A stretch of 64,000 bases of DNA from Malacoraja senta (taxonomy: Eukaryota), in NCBI GenBank assembly GCA_038087875.1, contig JAXLNO010000571.1, positions 1 to 64,000 on the forward strand, written 5' to 3'. A program made the position numbers and the translations under genes. Position 1 is the first letter of the stretch, and every line of letters starts with the position of its first letter. The notes beneath the pieces were generated by a model, which made no database searches, was not told the DNA's origin, and was given only the letters and a program-made list of their open reading frames with translations. This document shows positions 1-12,136 of the stretch, one piece after another.

Positions 1-299
1 CACACTACTTACAGTCCCAGTTCCAGTCCAGTTAATTAATCTGCAATTATGGGATATTCAAAAAGTTAAAGAATTATTATTTTCATTTAATCATTAAGTG
101 GTTTGCCACTGGAATAAGAAAATATTACTTGTGTTTGAAACATTTTCTTATCTTTATTCATGATTATTGTGTAAAAATATATTTAATCTGAGGCAGGCAG
201 CGACTGTATCAGTGTGATGTGGGCTGATGCTTTACCTACAGGCGGTGTGAATGTACCGTTAAGGCAAAGATTCACCTCCGAGGAAAACTGAATACATGG

Positions 300-665
300 T
301 TGGCCCTATGAAGGAGCCGCCAATCCGATATAAGACATTTAACTGCAAAATGCCTGCCCTTTAGTATTGGATAGATTGAGCGGAGGGTCTGTGCTGTTTC
401 AAGTTTGCGGTGGTTGTGGTGCGTTTCCCCAGCTATCTCGCCCAGTGCACGGTGACCAACACAGTCGCCAGCCCCTTGTTAGCAGAGGCTCTTTGTGCAG
501 GTGTTACCTGAAGCCCAAAGGTTTTGTGGAGGTCTGCATTAGGGATCGGGCACGCAGCGAGCTAGCGAGAGGGCTGTCAAATCAGATCTGCCCAGGTTGC
601 CGAGTGGCCGAAGGGCGGATTTTAATGGGTCATTATTAAATAGTTCCCATCTGTGCGGCATCGCC

Positions 666-714
<49 letters not shown>

Positions 715-900
715 AGATCCCCCACCCCAACTGTCGACAAAGTCTGACTGAGAAAATGCTCCCACTCATATTACGGGTTGGCTCTGCGCTTGCCCACTCG
801 CTGGGGCGGGCGGCGCCTCCTTCAAAGAGAGCGAGAACAAGTCCTGTCAGCTGGGGAGCTGCGACCCACTCTTGAATGAAGCCTCTAGTTTGGCTGTGGT
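300..900 (-). promoter_or_regulatory. CpG-richer promoter/first-exon-like region; possible first exon ending at a - strand splice donor (AG|GTAAC at 508/507)
   Basis: Local CpG enrichment, GGGGCGGG at ~803-810, CCAAT-like motifs; - strand ATG at 539-537 gives MQTSTKPLGF before a GT donor. Gene not recognised. Confidence 0.35.
668..712. repeat. (CT)n microsatellite
   Basis: Perfect CT dinucleotide run of ~22 units. Confidence 0.98.
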
Positions 901-1494
901 TCAAATGGCTGCAAATTCTCATAATTATCACCACCCAGTCACCCAGACCCAGCTCCCAACTGTGTGCCCTAACAGACTGGAACCAACCCCACAGGTTAAA
1001 GCGACAGCATCTTTATTTAAGCCAACCCACCTCGAAAGTTTAACCAGCCTGTTCGAATCCAATCTGAACTTTCCAACCTACCCCCCACACTTCAATACAG
1101 GAAGGTTTTTTCGATAGGAATGTAAGGACTGTCTCAAATTGGTTGACCACACAACTTGTAATTCGTGTAAATCAATATCAAATTTAAATGGCTGTGAGTC
1201 AGACTAATGCCAGGGATTTGATAATTGACAGGTTCGTTCCAGGCATTCTTGCATTTTCAAGGCTGGTGTTGTATTGTTAATAACTTAAATAGATGCAATT
1301 GTGGATTTGTGCAGCCTGCAGTACGCTGTGGCCTGCTGCTGACATATTTGACGGATACATTTATTTATGAATCTCATTGATATTAATATGCAGGTCCGTA
1401 CACGCACAGTAGCTCAGCTGGCGAGAATGTTTATCCCGAATGACCCATGACCTGGACATGCGCAGTTGTAATACCAAACTCGCTTATTGCAAGG

Positions 1495-1702
1495 CAATTT
1501 TATTTAACACAGAGTAGTGAGGGCCTGGAACACATTGCCATTACAACAGTGGTGGTTTAAGAGGCTTTTAGAAAGGCACATGGAAGTTCATGGAATAGAG
1601 GCATATGGATCATGCACTGAGAGATGAGATCAGGTTATCTTGGAATCATGTTCACGCAAACATTGTAGGCCAAATGGCCATTCCTGTGCTGTACTGTTCC
1701 AT
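1495..1702 (+). mobile_element. Decayed CR1-type LINE 3' end
   Basis: ACACAGAGTAGTGAGGGCCTGGAAC...GGCCAAATGGCCATTCCTGTGCTGTACTGTTC resembles other CR1 tails in the window. Confidence 0.7.
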
Positions 1703-1737
1703 GTGGCAGGGCTGGTGATGTGTTATGGCTCTAGTAT

Positions 1738-3863
1738 CAGGGCTGCCAACATTGGGTGAGATTTGAGAGGGAGAAATTGCGAGGGAGCGTCGCGACCGAG
1801 GGTGGGGGGGGGGGGGGGAGGGGGAAGGGAGCTTTTGCATTTTTTAACTTGAAATTGTGCAATCTGGTGCATACTGTAGCGAGTCTTTTAACTTACACTT
1901 GAATGCAACATTTATACTTTAAATTCGATTAGGTATGAATAAGGTTAAGCTAAATTACATTCCTAATTACGTTCCACAGTAGAACCAGGCTCTGATCAAC
2001 AGGTGCAGCACATGAATGACCTTTGTATATTCATGTATGGAAATCAGATTATAATTCATGCTGTTATGCATATATATAGAGAAACAAAAACATAGAAACA
2101 AGGCAAGAGGAGTCAGACTTCCATCACTGTTCTGCACAAATCAATCAATCAACCTTACCCTTTGACTATAGAAACAAGACGAAAATAATGCCACATATTC
2201 AACCGTACATGGTTCAATGAAATTAAGATATATATGTAAAACATATATATGGAAACAAGCCCTTCGGCCCACCAAGTCCACACCGACCAGCATTCTACCA
2301 TGCACCAGTTCTATCCTACACACCAGGGACAATTTACAGAAGCCAATTAACCTACAAACCTGCACTTCTTTCGGATGTGGGAGAAACCGGAATATCCAGA
2401 GAAAACCCATGTGGTCATAGGGAGAATGTACAAATACTGTACAGACAGCACCCATAGTCAGGATCCAATCTGGGTCTGTGGTGCTGTAAGGCAGCAACTC
2501 TACCGCTGTGCCACCGTGCCACCCCATTAAATTCTTTTTTCTGTAATATATTTATTATGGTGTCACGTCAATAAAGATGAACACATGATTCTGATTTCTG
2601 CCCTTAGTTTGATAACACACATCTCCAGTCATTGTGTTTTATGGCTGGTTTTCAACCTTTTCAGTCTGAAGGTCTCGACCCGAAACATCACCCATTCTTT
2701 CTCTCCAGAGATGCTGCCAGTCCTGCTGAGTTATTCCAGTGCTTTGTGTCTATCTTCAGTTTAAACCACCATATGCAGTTCCTTCCTACACTCTTTGTTA
2801 AGCAAAACAGGTCCTATTCTCATAATATTATTCACCTCCGTTGCTGCAGAGAATACAATCCCAGTTATCAAATCTTTCTTCAAAGTGAAAAAAAAATTCC
2901 AGCCCTGCCAACATGTGCATAAATCGTCCCTGGATCCTCTCCAGAGCAATTGCACCCTTTCTACATTGTGTCATAGTCTTACAGCATGGAATCAGGCCCT
3001 TCATCTAAACTTGTCCATGCAGATCAAGGTGCCTCATCTAAACTAGTCCCATTTATCTGCAATTGGCCCATATCCCTTCAAACCTTGTGTGTGCCAGTGC
3101 GTGTGTGGGTAAGGGTGTGTGTCAGTGTGTGTTAGGTTGTGTGTGAGAGTGTGTGTCATTGAAGCGACGACAACACCCAAAGTGAACGGAGACTTGGCGT
3201 TCCGGGCCGGCCCAGGTACTCTGTATCCAGCCTGGGTCCAGGGGAGGTGAGGGACATTGACCCGGGATCAGGGGGAGGTTCTGGTCAGTGACCCGTGGGT
3301 CGGGCATCAGAGCGGAGCCTAATAAGCCCGAGATTCATCCCCGCGGCTCCGGAGGTGGCACCGACGCCCCCACTCACCCGGTCCGCTCCTGGCTCCGGGC
3401 CGGGGTTAAAACTCCATGGGGTGTGGACAGAGCGGCCGATGGACACAGAGCCACCAGAGGTGAGGGTGGGAGGTGTGAGCGGTGCCTCAGGGGTCAGTGC
3501 TGGGACCACTGCCATGTCTCACCTATCACACCATCTGCACGGGAATGTGAATGTGGGTGGGGCAGCATCTATGGAGCGGTAGTCAAAAATGCTGGAGAAA
3601 TGCTTGAGTCTGAAGAAGGGTCAAACTCAGACATAGATGCTGCCTCACCCGCTGAGTTTCTCCAGCATTTTTGTCTACATTGCCATTTTAAATAGTTTGC
3701 GATGGGCTTAAGACAATCAAATTGCTGGTTCTTTACAGGAAACCGGCCGACAGGAAACTATTCTCATTGGTGAGTGTGGAGGAGTGTGACTTTATTTATT
3801 TATTTGTATATATTTTTTAAACCTCAGAGTCTCATGCTCAATGTGTGAGAGTTGGCAGCCCTG
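1738..3863. mobile_element. Non-autonomous hAT-like DNA transposon with 6-bp TSD and nested insertions
   Basis: 13-bp TIRs CAGGGCTGCCAAC (1738) and GTTGGCAGCCCTG (ends 3863); TAGTAT on both flanks; no transposase ORF. Confidence 0.75.
2249..2525 (-). mobile_element. HE1-like tRNA-derived SINE
   Basis: Reverse strand GGCACGGTGGCACAGCGGTAGAG head, conserved core CCGGTTTCTCCCACA, CR1-like tail. Confidence 0.85.
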
Positions 3864-4359
3864 TAGTATGTAGAAGATAATGGGGACAATTGTGATCCTT
3901 AGCTGCCACAACTCAATGAATGTAGCACAAGGATGAGGGGGAGCCAGAGCTTCCAACACTGCAATGCCTCAGGAAGGAAGATGGTTGACAATACACTCTG
4001 TCACATTTCTTCGGATAAATTCCACATATCTTGGTCAATGGACAGGGTCAAGAGTGTGATTGCCAGCAAGTCAGTAGTGGAAGAGCTTTAGTTCTTGAAT
4101 TTATCCAAACAAAACAAGATTTGTGCAGTCTGTGCGAACAAGAGAAGCTGTAAAGAGCTTGAGCGAAGAGATCACAGCATTGTGATACAGAGAGTCGTCC
4201 AAATTGGGGGGCTGAAAAAGAACATCGAATATAGAACAGTGCAGCACAAGAAATGGCCCTTCGGCCCACAATGTCTGTGCTGACCGTGATGCCATCTCTT
4301 ACCTGTCTGCGCATAACCCATATCCCTCCATTTCCCACGTATCCATGTGCCTATCTAAA

Positions 4360-5152
4360 TGCCTATACAGGGCCCTAGTGAGACTACACCTGGAGTATTG
4401 TGTGCAGTTTTGGTCTCTAAATTTGAGGAAGGACATTCTTGCAATTGAGGGAGTGCAGCGTAGGTTCACAAGGTTAATTCCCGGGATGGCGGGACTGTCA
4501 TATGCTGAGAGAATGGAGTGGATGGGCTTGTATACTCTGGAAGTTAGAAGGATGAGAGGGGATCTTATTGAAACATATAAGATTATTAAGGGCTTGGACA
4601 CGCTAGAGGCAGGAAACGTGTTCCCGATGTTGGGGGAGTCCAGAACCAGGGCCCACAGTTTAAAAATAAGGGGTAAGCCATTTAGAACGGAGATGAGGAA
4701 ACACTTTTTCACACAGAGAGTTGTGAGTCTGTGGAATTCTCAAAGGGAAAGGACATGGGACAACTGTGCTACTGATGATGAGAAGAGTACACTTGTGAGA
4801 AATTATCTTTGGTGAGAAGACCAATTTGTAGAATCAGAAATAACAATGGACAGAAGTCCTGGTGAGAGTTGTCTAAAGGACCCCTATAGATGGAGTATAA
4901 ATCAACAAATTAGCTTGTAAAAACAGTGCTGAAAAATCGTGGGTGATTTTAATCTTTGAATAGAGAGGTGGCCGGTTCTGTGGAAACTTTCAAGAGAGAG
5001 CTAGATAAGGCTCTTGAAGATAGGGGAAATGGGGAGAAGGCAGGAACGGGGTACTGATTGTGGATGATCAGCCATGATCACATGGAATGGCGGTGCTGGC
5101 TTGAAGGGCCGAATGGCCTACTACTGCACCTATTGTCTATTGTCTATTGTCT
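4360..5152 (+). mobile_element. CR1 LINE 3' fragment (ORF2 C-terminus plus 3' UTR) interrupted by a ~225-bp insert
   Basis: ORF 4345-4815 LYRALVRLHLEYCVQFWS...FTQRVVSLWNS; (CTATTGT)n tail. Confidence 0.92.
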
Positions 5153-6744
5153 AAATGCCACTATCGTATCTAAATGTGGAATGAAGGGAGCAGGTACTTA
5201 AGGTTTTAGACACTGTCTCAGCAGACATGGGCATTAGCTCTGAAGAACATGTTGCCCTGCTGTTTCTAGAGTTAAGACCATATCCTTGAGAATGGAGTGG
5301 AAATAGAATTGGAGAATGGAGCAAATGGAGGGGAAGGATGTTATCCTCACACCCCACATGATAACATAGGTAGGACCAAGAAAGTCAGGGAATAAGCAGC
5401 TAGGTGTGTAGGAAGGAACTACAGATGCTGGTTTAAACCGAAGATAGACACTAAATGCTTGAGTAACTCAATGGGACAGGTAGCATCTCTGGAGAGAAGG
5501 AATGGGTGACGTTTCGGATTGAGACCCTTCTTCAGACTGACAGTCACGGCAAAGGGAAACGAGAGGTGTACAGTAGACGACGATGTAGAGAGATATAGAA
5601 CAATGAATGAAAGATATGCAAAAAAGTAACAATGAGCAGCTAGGGTCTAAATTAGAAAGTAGAATGGCCAAGGCAAGTAAATAAGTCGCAAGCACATTAT
5701 CAGGTCAACAAGATGGGGGCTTTGTGTACATGCTTTGGAGTTTAGTAAGGGAGAAGAGGGTTTGATTTCTGAAACATTAGTTGAATGTTCCACAGGGGTG
5801 GGTTTCACAAATCGGGTTGGGACCTACTTCCTGTGAATTGGATGATGAGGGCTACAGAAAAGACTGAACTTAATAGTCGTGAGAAGGATTTTTAGGAGGG
5901 GAAATTTAGAAAATTAAAGAGAAAATACAACATAAAAGTGCAGATTTATGAAATAGATGATGATACTTGCAAGTACGACAAATTAGTTGCATAGATAGAG
6001 AAATAAATGTACATAATCTAATGGCCAGAGTAGAGATGAAGTTAGAAAGTGTTTCAGGAATGGGAACTAAATATTGCTGGCAATTTTCTGTAAAGGGAAA
6101 GGACATGGAACAACTCTGCTACTAATGATGAGAAGTGTACAGTTGTGAGAGATTACCTTTGGTGAGAAGGCCAATATGTCGAATCAGTTTGAGTGGAGGT
6201 AAGAAATAACAATGGACAGAAGTCCTGGTGAGAGTTGCCTAAAGGACCCCTATAGATAGAGGATAAATCAACAAATCAGCTTGTAAATACAGTGCTGCAA
6301 ATCATGGGTGATTTTAATTTTTGTGTAGATTGACAAAACAAATTTGCAACGGTCGACTTGAAGATGAGTTCAGAGAGTTCATCGAAAGATTGATTCAACT
6401 GTCAGTTTGGAATTCTACATCAAGAAGACCAATTCTCTGAGGCTGTCATACCGGTTTATTATCCACGGCATGATAGGTAGAATCATCAAAAACTACAACA
6501 CAGAAATGGGGCTTTCGGCCCATCTCATCCATACCGACCACGATGCCAACCTACACTAATCCTATTTGCCTGCATTAGGCCTGTAATCCCCTATACCCTT
6601 CCCTACCAAGTTTCCACCCAAATGCCTTTTAAATGTTGTCAAACAGTTTCTGCTTTTGCTCTGCAGCTTGTTCCAACTAGTCAGGTGTGAAATATGTACC
6701 CTTCAGGTGGCCTTTGAATTTCTCCCCTTTCACCATATACCTGT

Positions 6745-7262
6745 GACAATAGACAATAGGTGCAGGAGAAGGCCAATCGTCCCTTCAAGCCAGCACCGCC
6801 ATTCAATGTGATCATGGCTGATCATCCCCAATCAGTACCCCGTTCCTGCCTTCTCCCCATATCCCCTGACTCCGTTATTTTTAAGAGCCCTATCTAGCTT
6901 TCTCTTGAAAGCATCCAGAGAACCTGCCTCCACCGCCTTCTGAGGCAGAGAATTCCACAGACTCACCACTCTCAGTGAGAAAAAGTATTTCCTCGTCTCA
7001 GTTCTAAATGGCTTACTCCTTATTCTTAAACTGTGGCCCCTGGTTCTGGCCTCCCCCAACATCGGGAACATGTTTCCTGCCTCTAGCGTGTCCAAACCGT
7101 TACCAATCTTATATGTTTCAATGAGAATCCCTCTCATCCTTCTAAACTCCAGCTGCTCCATTCTCTCAGCATATGACAGTCCCACCATCCCGGGAATTAA
7201 CATTGTAAACCTACGCTGCACTCAATAGCAAGAATGTCCTTCCTCAAATTAGGGAACCAATT
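6745..7262 (-). mobile_element. CR1 LINE 3' fragment
   Basis: ORF 6832-7221 QRRFTMLIPGM...RVVSLWNSLP...GYGEKAGTGY. Confidence 0.92.
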
Positions 7263-7374
7263 TGTGCTCAATAGCTCTCGTATACCATGCAATGGGAAAA
7301 TGATTATGATGACCTAACCTATCTATGCTCCCATTATTTTATAAACCTCTGTAGAGGCGACTGTCAACCAGCTA

Positions 7375-8990
7375 CAGTGGCTTGCAAAAGTTTTCATACC
7401 CCTTGAACTTTTCCACATTTTGTCACGTTACAACCACAAACGTAAATGTATTTTATTGGGATTTTATGTGATAGACCAACACAAAGTGGTGCATAATTGT
7501 GAAGTGGAAGGAAAATGATACATGGTTTTCAATTTTTTTTACAAATAAAAAACTGAAAAGTGTCGCGTGCAAAAGTATTCAGCCCCACTGAGTCAATACT
7601 TTGTAGAACCACCTTTTGCTGCAATTACAGCTGCAAGTCTTTTGGGGTATGTCTCTACCAGCTTTGCACATCTAGAGACTGAAATTTTTGCCCATTCTTC
7701 TTTGCAAAATAGCTCAAGCTCAGTCAGATTGGATGGAGAGCGTCTGTGAACAGCAATTTTCAAGTCTTGCCAGAGATTCTCAATTGGATTTAGGTCTGGA
7801 CTTTGACTGGGCCATTCTAACACATGAATATGCTTTGATCTAAACCATTCCATTGTAGCTCTGGCTGTATGTTTAGGGTTGTTGTCCTGCTGGAGGTGAA
7901 CCTTCGCCCCAGTCTCAAGTCTTTTGCAGACTCTAACAGGTTTTCTTCCAAGATTGCCCTGTATTTGGCTCCATCCATCTTCCCATCAACTCTGACCAGC
8001 TTCCCTGTCCCTGCTGAAGAAAGGCATCCCCACAGCATGATGCTGCCACCACCATGTTTCACAGTGGGGATGGTGTGTTCAGGGTGATGTGCAATGTTAG
8101 GTTTCCGCCACACATAGCGTTTTGCATTTAGGCCAAAAACTTCAATTTTGGTCTCATCTGACCAGAGCACCTTCCTCCACATGTTTGCTGTGTCCCCCAC
8201 ATGGCTTGTGACAAACTGCAAACGGGACTTCTTATGGCTTTTTTTCAACAATGGCTTTCTTCTTGCCACTCTTCCATAAAGGCCCGATTTGTGGAGTGCA
8301 CGACTAATAGTTGTCCTGTGGACAGATTCTCCCACCTGAGCTGTGGATCTCTGCAGCTCCTCCAGAGTTACCGTGGGCCTCTTGGCTGCTTCTCTGATCA
8401 ATGCTCTCTTTGCCCAGCCTGTCAGTTTAGGTGGACGGCCATGTCTTGGTAGGTTTGCAGTTGTGCCATACTCTTTTCATTTTCGGATGATGGATTGAAC
8501 AGTGCTCCGTGAGATGTTCAAAGCGTGGGATATTTGTTTATAACCTAACCCTGCTTTAAACTTCTCCACAACTTTATCCCTAACCTGTCTGGTGTGTTCC
8601 TTGGGCTTCATGATGCTGTTTGTTCACTAATGTTCTCTAACAAACCTCTGAGGCCTTCACAGAACAGCTGTATTTATACTGAGATTAGATTACACACAAG
8701 TGGACTCTATTTACTAATTAGGTGACTTCTGAAGGCAATTGGTTGCACTGGATTTTATTTAAGGGTATCAGAGTAAAGGGGGCTGAATACTTTTGCACGC
8801 GATACTTTTCAGTTTTTTATTTGTAAAAAAATTTAAAAACCATGTATCATTTTCCTTGCACTTCACAATTATGCGCCACTTTGTGTTGGTCTATCACATA
8901 AAATCCCAATAAAATACATTTACGTTTGTGGTTGTAACGTGACAAAATGTGGAAAAGTTCAAGGGGTATGAATACTTTTGCAAGCCACTG
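7375..8990 (-). mobile_element. Tc1-like DNA transposon copy 1 (1616 bp, ~210-bp IR/DR TIRs)
   Basis: Termini CAGTGGCTTGCAAAAG...CTTTTGCAAGCCACTG, TA on both sides (7373-74, 8991-92), inner direct repeat GCAAAAGTATTCAGCCCC. Confidence 0.98.
7593..8611 (-). pseudogene. Tc1 DD34E transposase, disrupted
   Basis: ATG 8611; TGA at codon 45 (8479-8477); 1-bp deletion near 7894 splits ORFs 7817-8401 and 7593-7853; WSDETK and [11 protein letters not shown] motifs. Confidence 0.95.
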
Positions 8991-9127
8991 TATGTTCCAC
9001 TGAGATTAAACCTAGACTATCCAATCTCTCCTTCTAACTACAGCCTTCCATTCCAGGAAAACACCCTGGTGACTAGGCACTCTCTCTCTCTTGCTACCAT
9101 AGTTATTGTGACCACCAGTATTATACA

Positions 9128-9225
9128 TCTGGTGTCTGAAGAAGGGTTTTGGCCCAAAACGTTGCCTATTTCCTTCGCTCCATAGATGCTGCTGCACCCG
9201 CTGAGTTTCTCCAGCACTTTTGTCT
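9128..9225 (+). mobile_element. 98-bp Penelope-derived insertion with hammerhead-like motif and 14-bp TSD
   Basis: ACCAGTATTATACA at 9114-9127 and 9226-9239; interior matches the 3' terminal repeat of the Penelope at ~41810-41905. Confidence 0.85.
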
Positions 9226-9363
9226 ACCAGTATTATACACGTGTGCACTGATCTAAAGACTTGGCTTAGAGCGTGCGTGCATAAAGACACAAAATGCTGG
9301 AGTAACTCAGCTGGTCAAGGATGCAGCCCCGAGGAAACTTCACGTATCCTCGGAATACGTGAA

Positions 9364-9628
9364 GGCCCAGGGACCGTTGCAGGAGGAGGAGCGGCGTCCG
9401 GGTAGTGAGTAGTTAAACAGCGCAGGACTTTGCTTTCCAGAGGCCCAGGGACCGTTGCAGGAGGAGGAGCGGCGTCCGGGTGGTGGGTAGATAAACAGTG
9501 CGGGGCTTTGCTTTCCAGAGGCCCAGGGACCGTTGCAGGAGGAGGAGCGGCGTCCGGGTGGTGGGTAGATAAACAGCGCGGGGCTTTGCTTTCCAGAGGG
9601 CCAGGGACCGTTGCAGGAGGAGGAGCGG
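9364..9628. repeat. 78-bp GC-rich tandem repeat, ~3.4 copies
   Basis: GGCCCAGGGACCGTTGCAGGAGGAGGAGCGG recurs at 9364, 9442, 9520, 9598. Confidence 0.95.
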
Positions 9629-12136
9629 ATTTTGTTGCTTCAGGGGTGATAGAATTGGAGGGGCAAGAGGTGGGGGTGTTGCATTGCTTATCAAGGAAGA
9701 TATTACAGCAGTGCTTTGGCAGGATAGATTAGAGGGCTCGTCTAGGGAGGGTATTTGGGTGGAACTGAGAAATGGGAAAGGTGTAGCTTATAGGGGTGTA
9801 TTATAGACCGCCAAATGGGGAGCGAGAATTGGAAGAGCAAATATGTAAGGAGATAGCAGATATTAGTAGTAAGCACAAGGTAGTGATTATGGGAGATTTC
9901 AATTTTCCACACATAGACTGGGAAACACATTCTGTAAAAGGGCTGGATGGTTTGGAGTTTGTAAAATGTGTGCAGGATAGTTTTTTGCAGCAATACATAG
10001 AGGTACCTACTAGAGAAGGGGCAGTGCTGGACCTCCTGTTAGGAAATGAGACAGGGCAGGTAGCGGAGGTATGCGATGGGGAGCACTTCGGGTCCAGTGA
10101 TCACAATACCATTAGTTTCAATATAATTATGGAGAGGGTCAGAACTGGACCTAGGGTTGAGATTTTTGATTGGAGAAAGGCTAACTTTGAGGAGATGCGA
10201 AAGGATTTAAAAGGAGTGAATTGGGACATGTTGTTTTATGGGAAGGATGTAGAAGAGAAATGGAGGACATTTAAAGGTGAAATTTTAAGAGTACAGACTC
10301 TTTATGTCCCTGTTCAGTTGAAAGGAAATAGTAAAAATTGGAAAGAGCCATGGTTTTCAAGGGAAATTGGACACTTGGTTCGGAAAAAGAGAGAGATCTA
10401 CAATAATTATAGGCAGCATGGAGTAAATGAGGTGCTTGAGGAGTATAAAGAATGTAAAAAGAATATTAAGAAAGAAATTAGAAAAGCTAAAAGAAGATAT
10501 GAGGTTGCTTTGGCAAGTAAGGTGAAAGTAAACCCAAAGGGTTTCTACAGCTATATTAATAGCAAAAGGATAACAAGGAATAAAATTGGTCCATTAGAGA
10601 GTCAGAGTGGACAGCTATCTGCAGAGCCAAAAGAAATGGGGGATATATTGAACAATTTCTTTTCTTCGGTATTCACCAAGGAGAAGGATATGGAATTATG
10701 TGAGGTAAGGGAAACAAGCAGAGTAGCAATGGAAACTATGAGATTCAAAGAAGAGGAGGTGCGGACACTTTTGAAAAATATGAAAACGGATAAGTCTCCA
10801 GGTCCTGAGAGGATATTCCCTAGGACATTGAGGGAAGTTAGTGTAGAAATAGCAGGGGCTATGACAGAAATATTTCAAATGTCATTAGAAACGGGAATAG
10901 TGCCGGAGGATTGGCGTACTGCGCATGTTGTTCCGTTGTTTATAAAGGGTTCTAAGAGTAAACCTAGCAATTATAGACCTGTTAGTTTGACGTCAGTGGT
11001 GGGCAAATTAATGGAAAGGATACTTAGAGATAATATATATATAAGCATCTGGATAAGCAGGGTCTGATTAAGAACAGTCAACATGGATTTGTGCCTGGAA
11101 GGTCATGTTTGACTAATCTTCTTGAATTTTTCAAAGAGGTTACTAGGGACATTGATGAGGGTAAAGTAGTGGATGTTGTCTATATGGACTTCAGTAAGGC
11201 CTTTGACAAGGTTCCTCATGGAAGGTTGGTTAAGAAGATTCAATTGTTGGGTATTAATGGTGGAGTAGCAAGATGGATTCAACAGTGGCTGAATGGGAGA
11301 TGCCAGAGAGTAATGGTGGATGGCTGTTTGTCAGGTTGGAGGCCGGTGACTAGTGGGGTGCCTCAGGGGTCTGTGTTGGGTCCACTGTTGTTTGTCATGT
11401 ACATCAATGATCTGGATAATGGTGTTGAAAATTGGATTAGTAAGTATGCAGTGATACTAAGATAGGTGGTGTTGTGGATAATGAAGTAGATTTTCAAAGT
11501 CTACAGAGAGATTTAGGCCATTTGGAAGAGTGGGCTGAAAGATGGCAGATGGAGTTTAATGCTGATAAATGTGAGGTGCTACATCTCGGCAGGCCAAATC
11601 AAAATAGGATGTACATGGTAAATGGTAGCGAATTGAGGAATGCAGTTGAACAGAGGGATCTAGGAATAACTGTGCATAGTTCCCTGAAGGTGGAAACTCA
11701 TGTAGATAGGGTGGTAAAGAAAGCTTTTGGGGTGCTGGCCTTTATAAATCAGAGCATTGAATATAGAAGTTGGGATGTAATGTTAAAATTGTACAAGGCA
11801 TTGGTGAGGCCAATTCTGGAGTATAATTTTGGTCGCCTAATTATAGGAAGGATGTCAACAAATAGAGAGAGTACAGAGGAGATTTACTCAGAGAGTGGTA
11901 GCTGTGTGGAATGAGCTTCCAGTGGAAGTGGTGGAGGCAGATTCGATTTTATCCTTTAAAAATAGATTGGATGGGTATATGGAAGGGAAAGGAATGGAGG
12001 GTTATGGTCTGAGTGCAGGTAGATGGGACTAGGGGGAAGTAAGAAGAAAGAAGGGAGAACAAAGAAAAGAAAAAAAAAGTGTTCGGCACGGACTTGAAGG
12101 GGCGAGATGGCCTGTTTCCGTGCTGTAATGGTTATA
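9627..12136 (+). mobile_element. 5'-truncated CR1 LINE, ORF2 (APE endonuclease plus RT) with frameshifts
   Basis: YYRPP, MGDFN, SDHN (APE) in 423-aa ORF 9796-11067; DFSKAFDKV and [10 protein letters not shown] (RT); 3' UTR ends GGCCTGTTTCCGTGCTGTAATGGTTATA. Confidence 0.97.

Noticed and set aside
9364..9628. Regularly spaced repeats as a CRISPR-like array
   Set aside because: Units are contiguous tandem copies without unique spacers; eukaryotic context and no cas genes.
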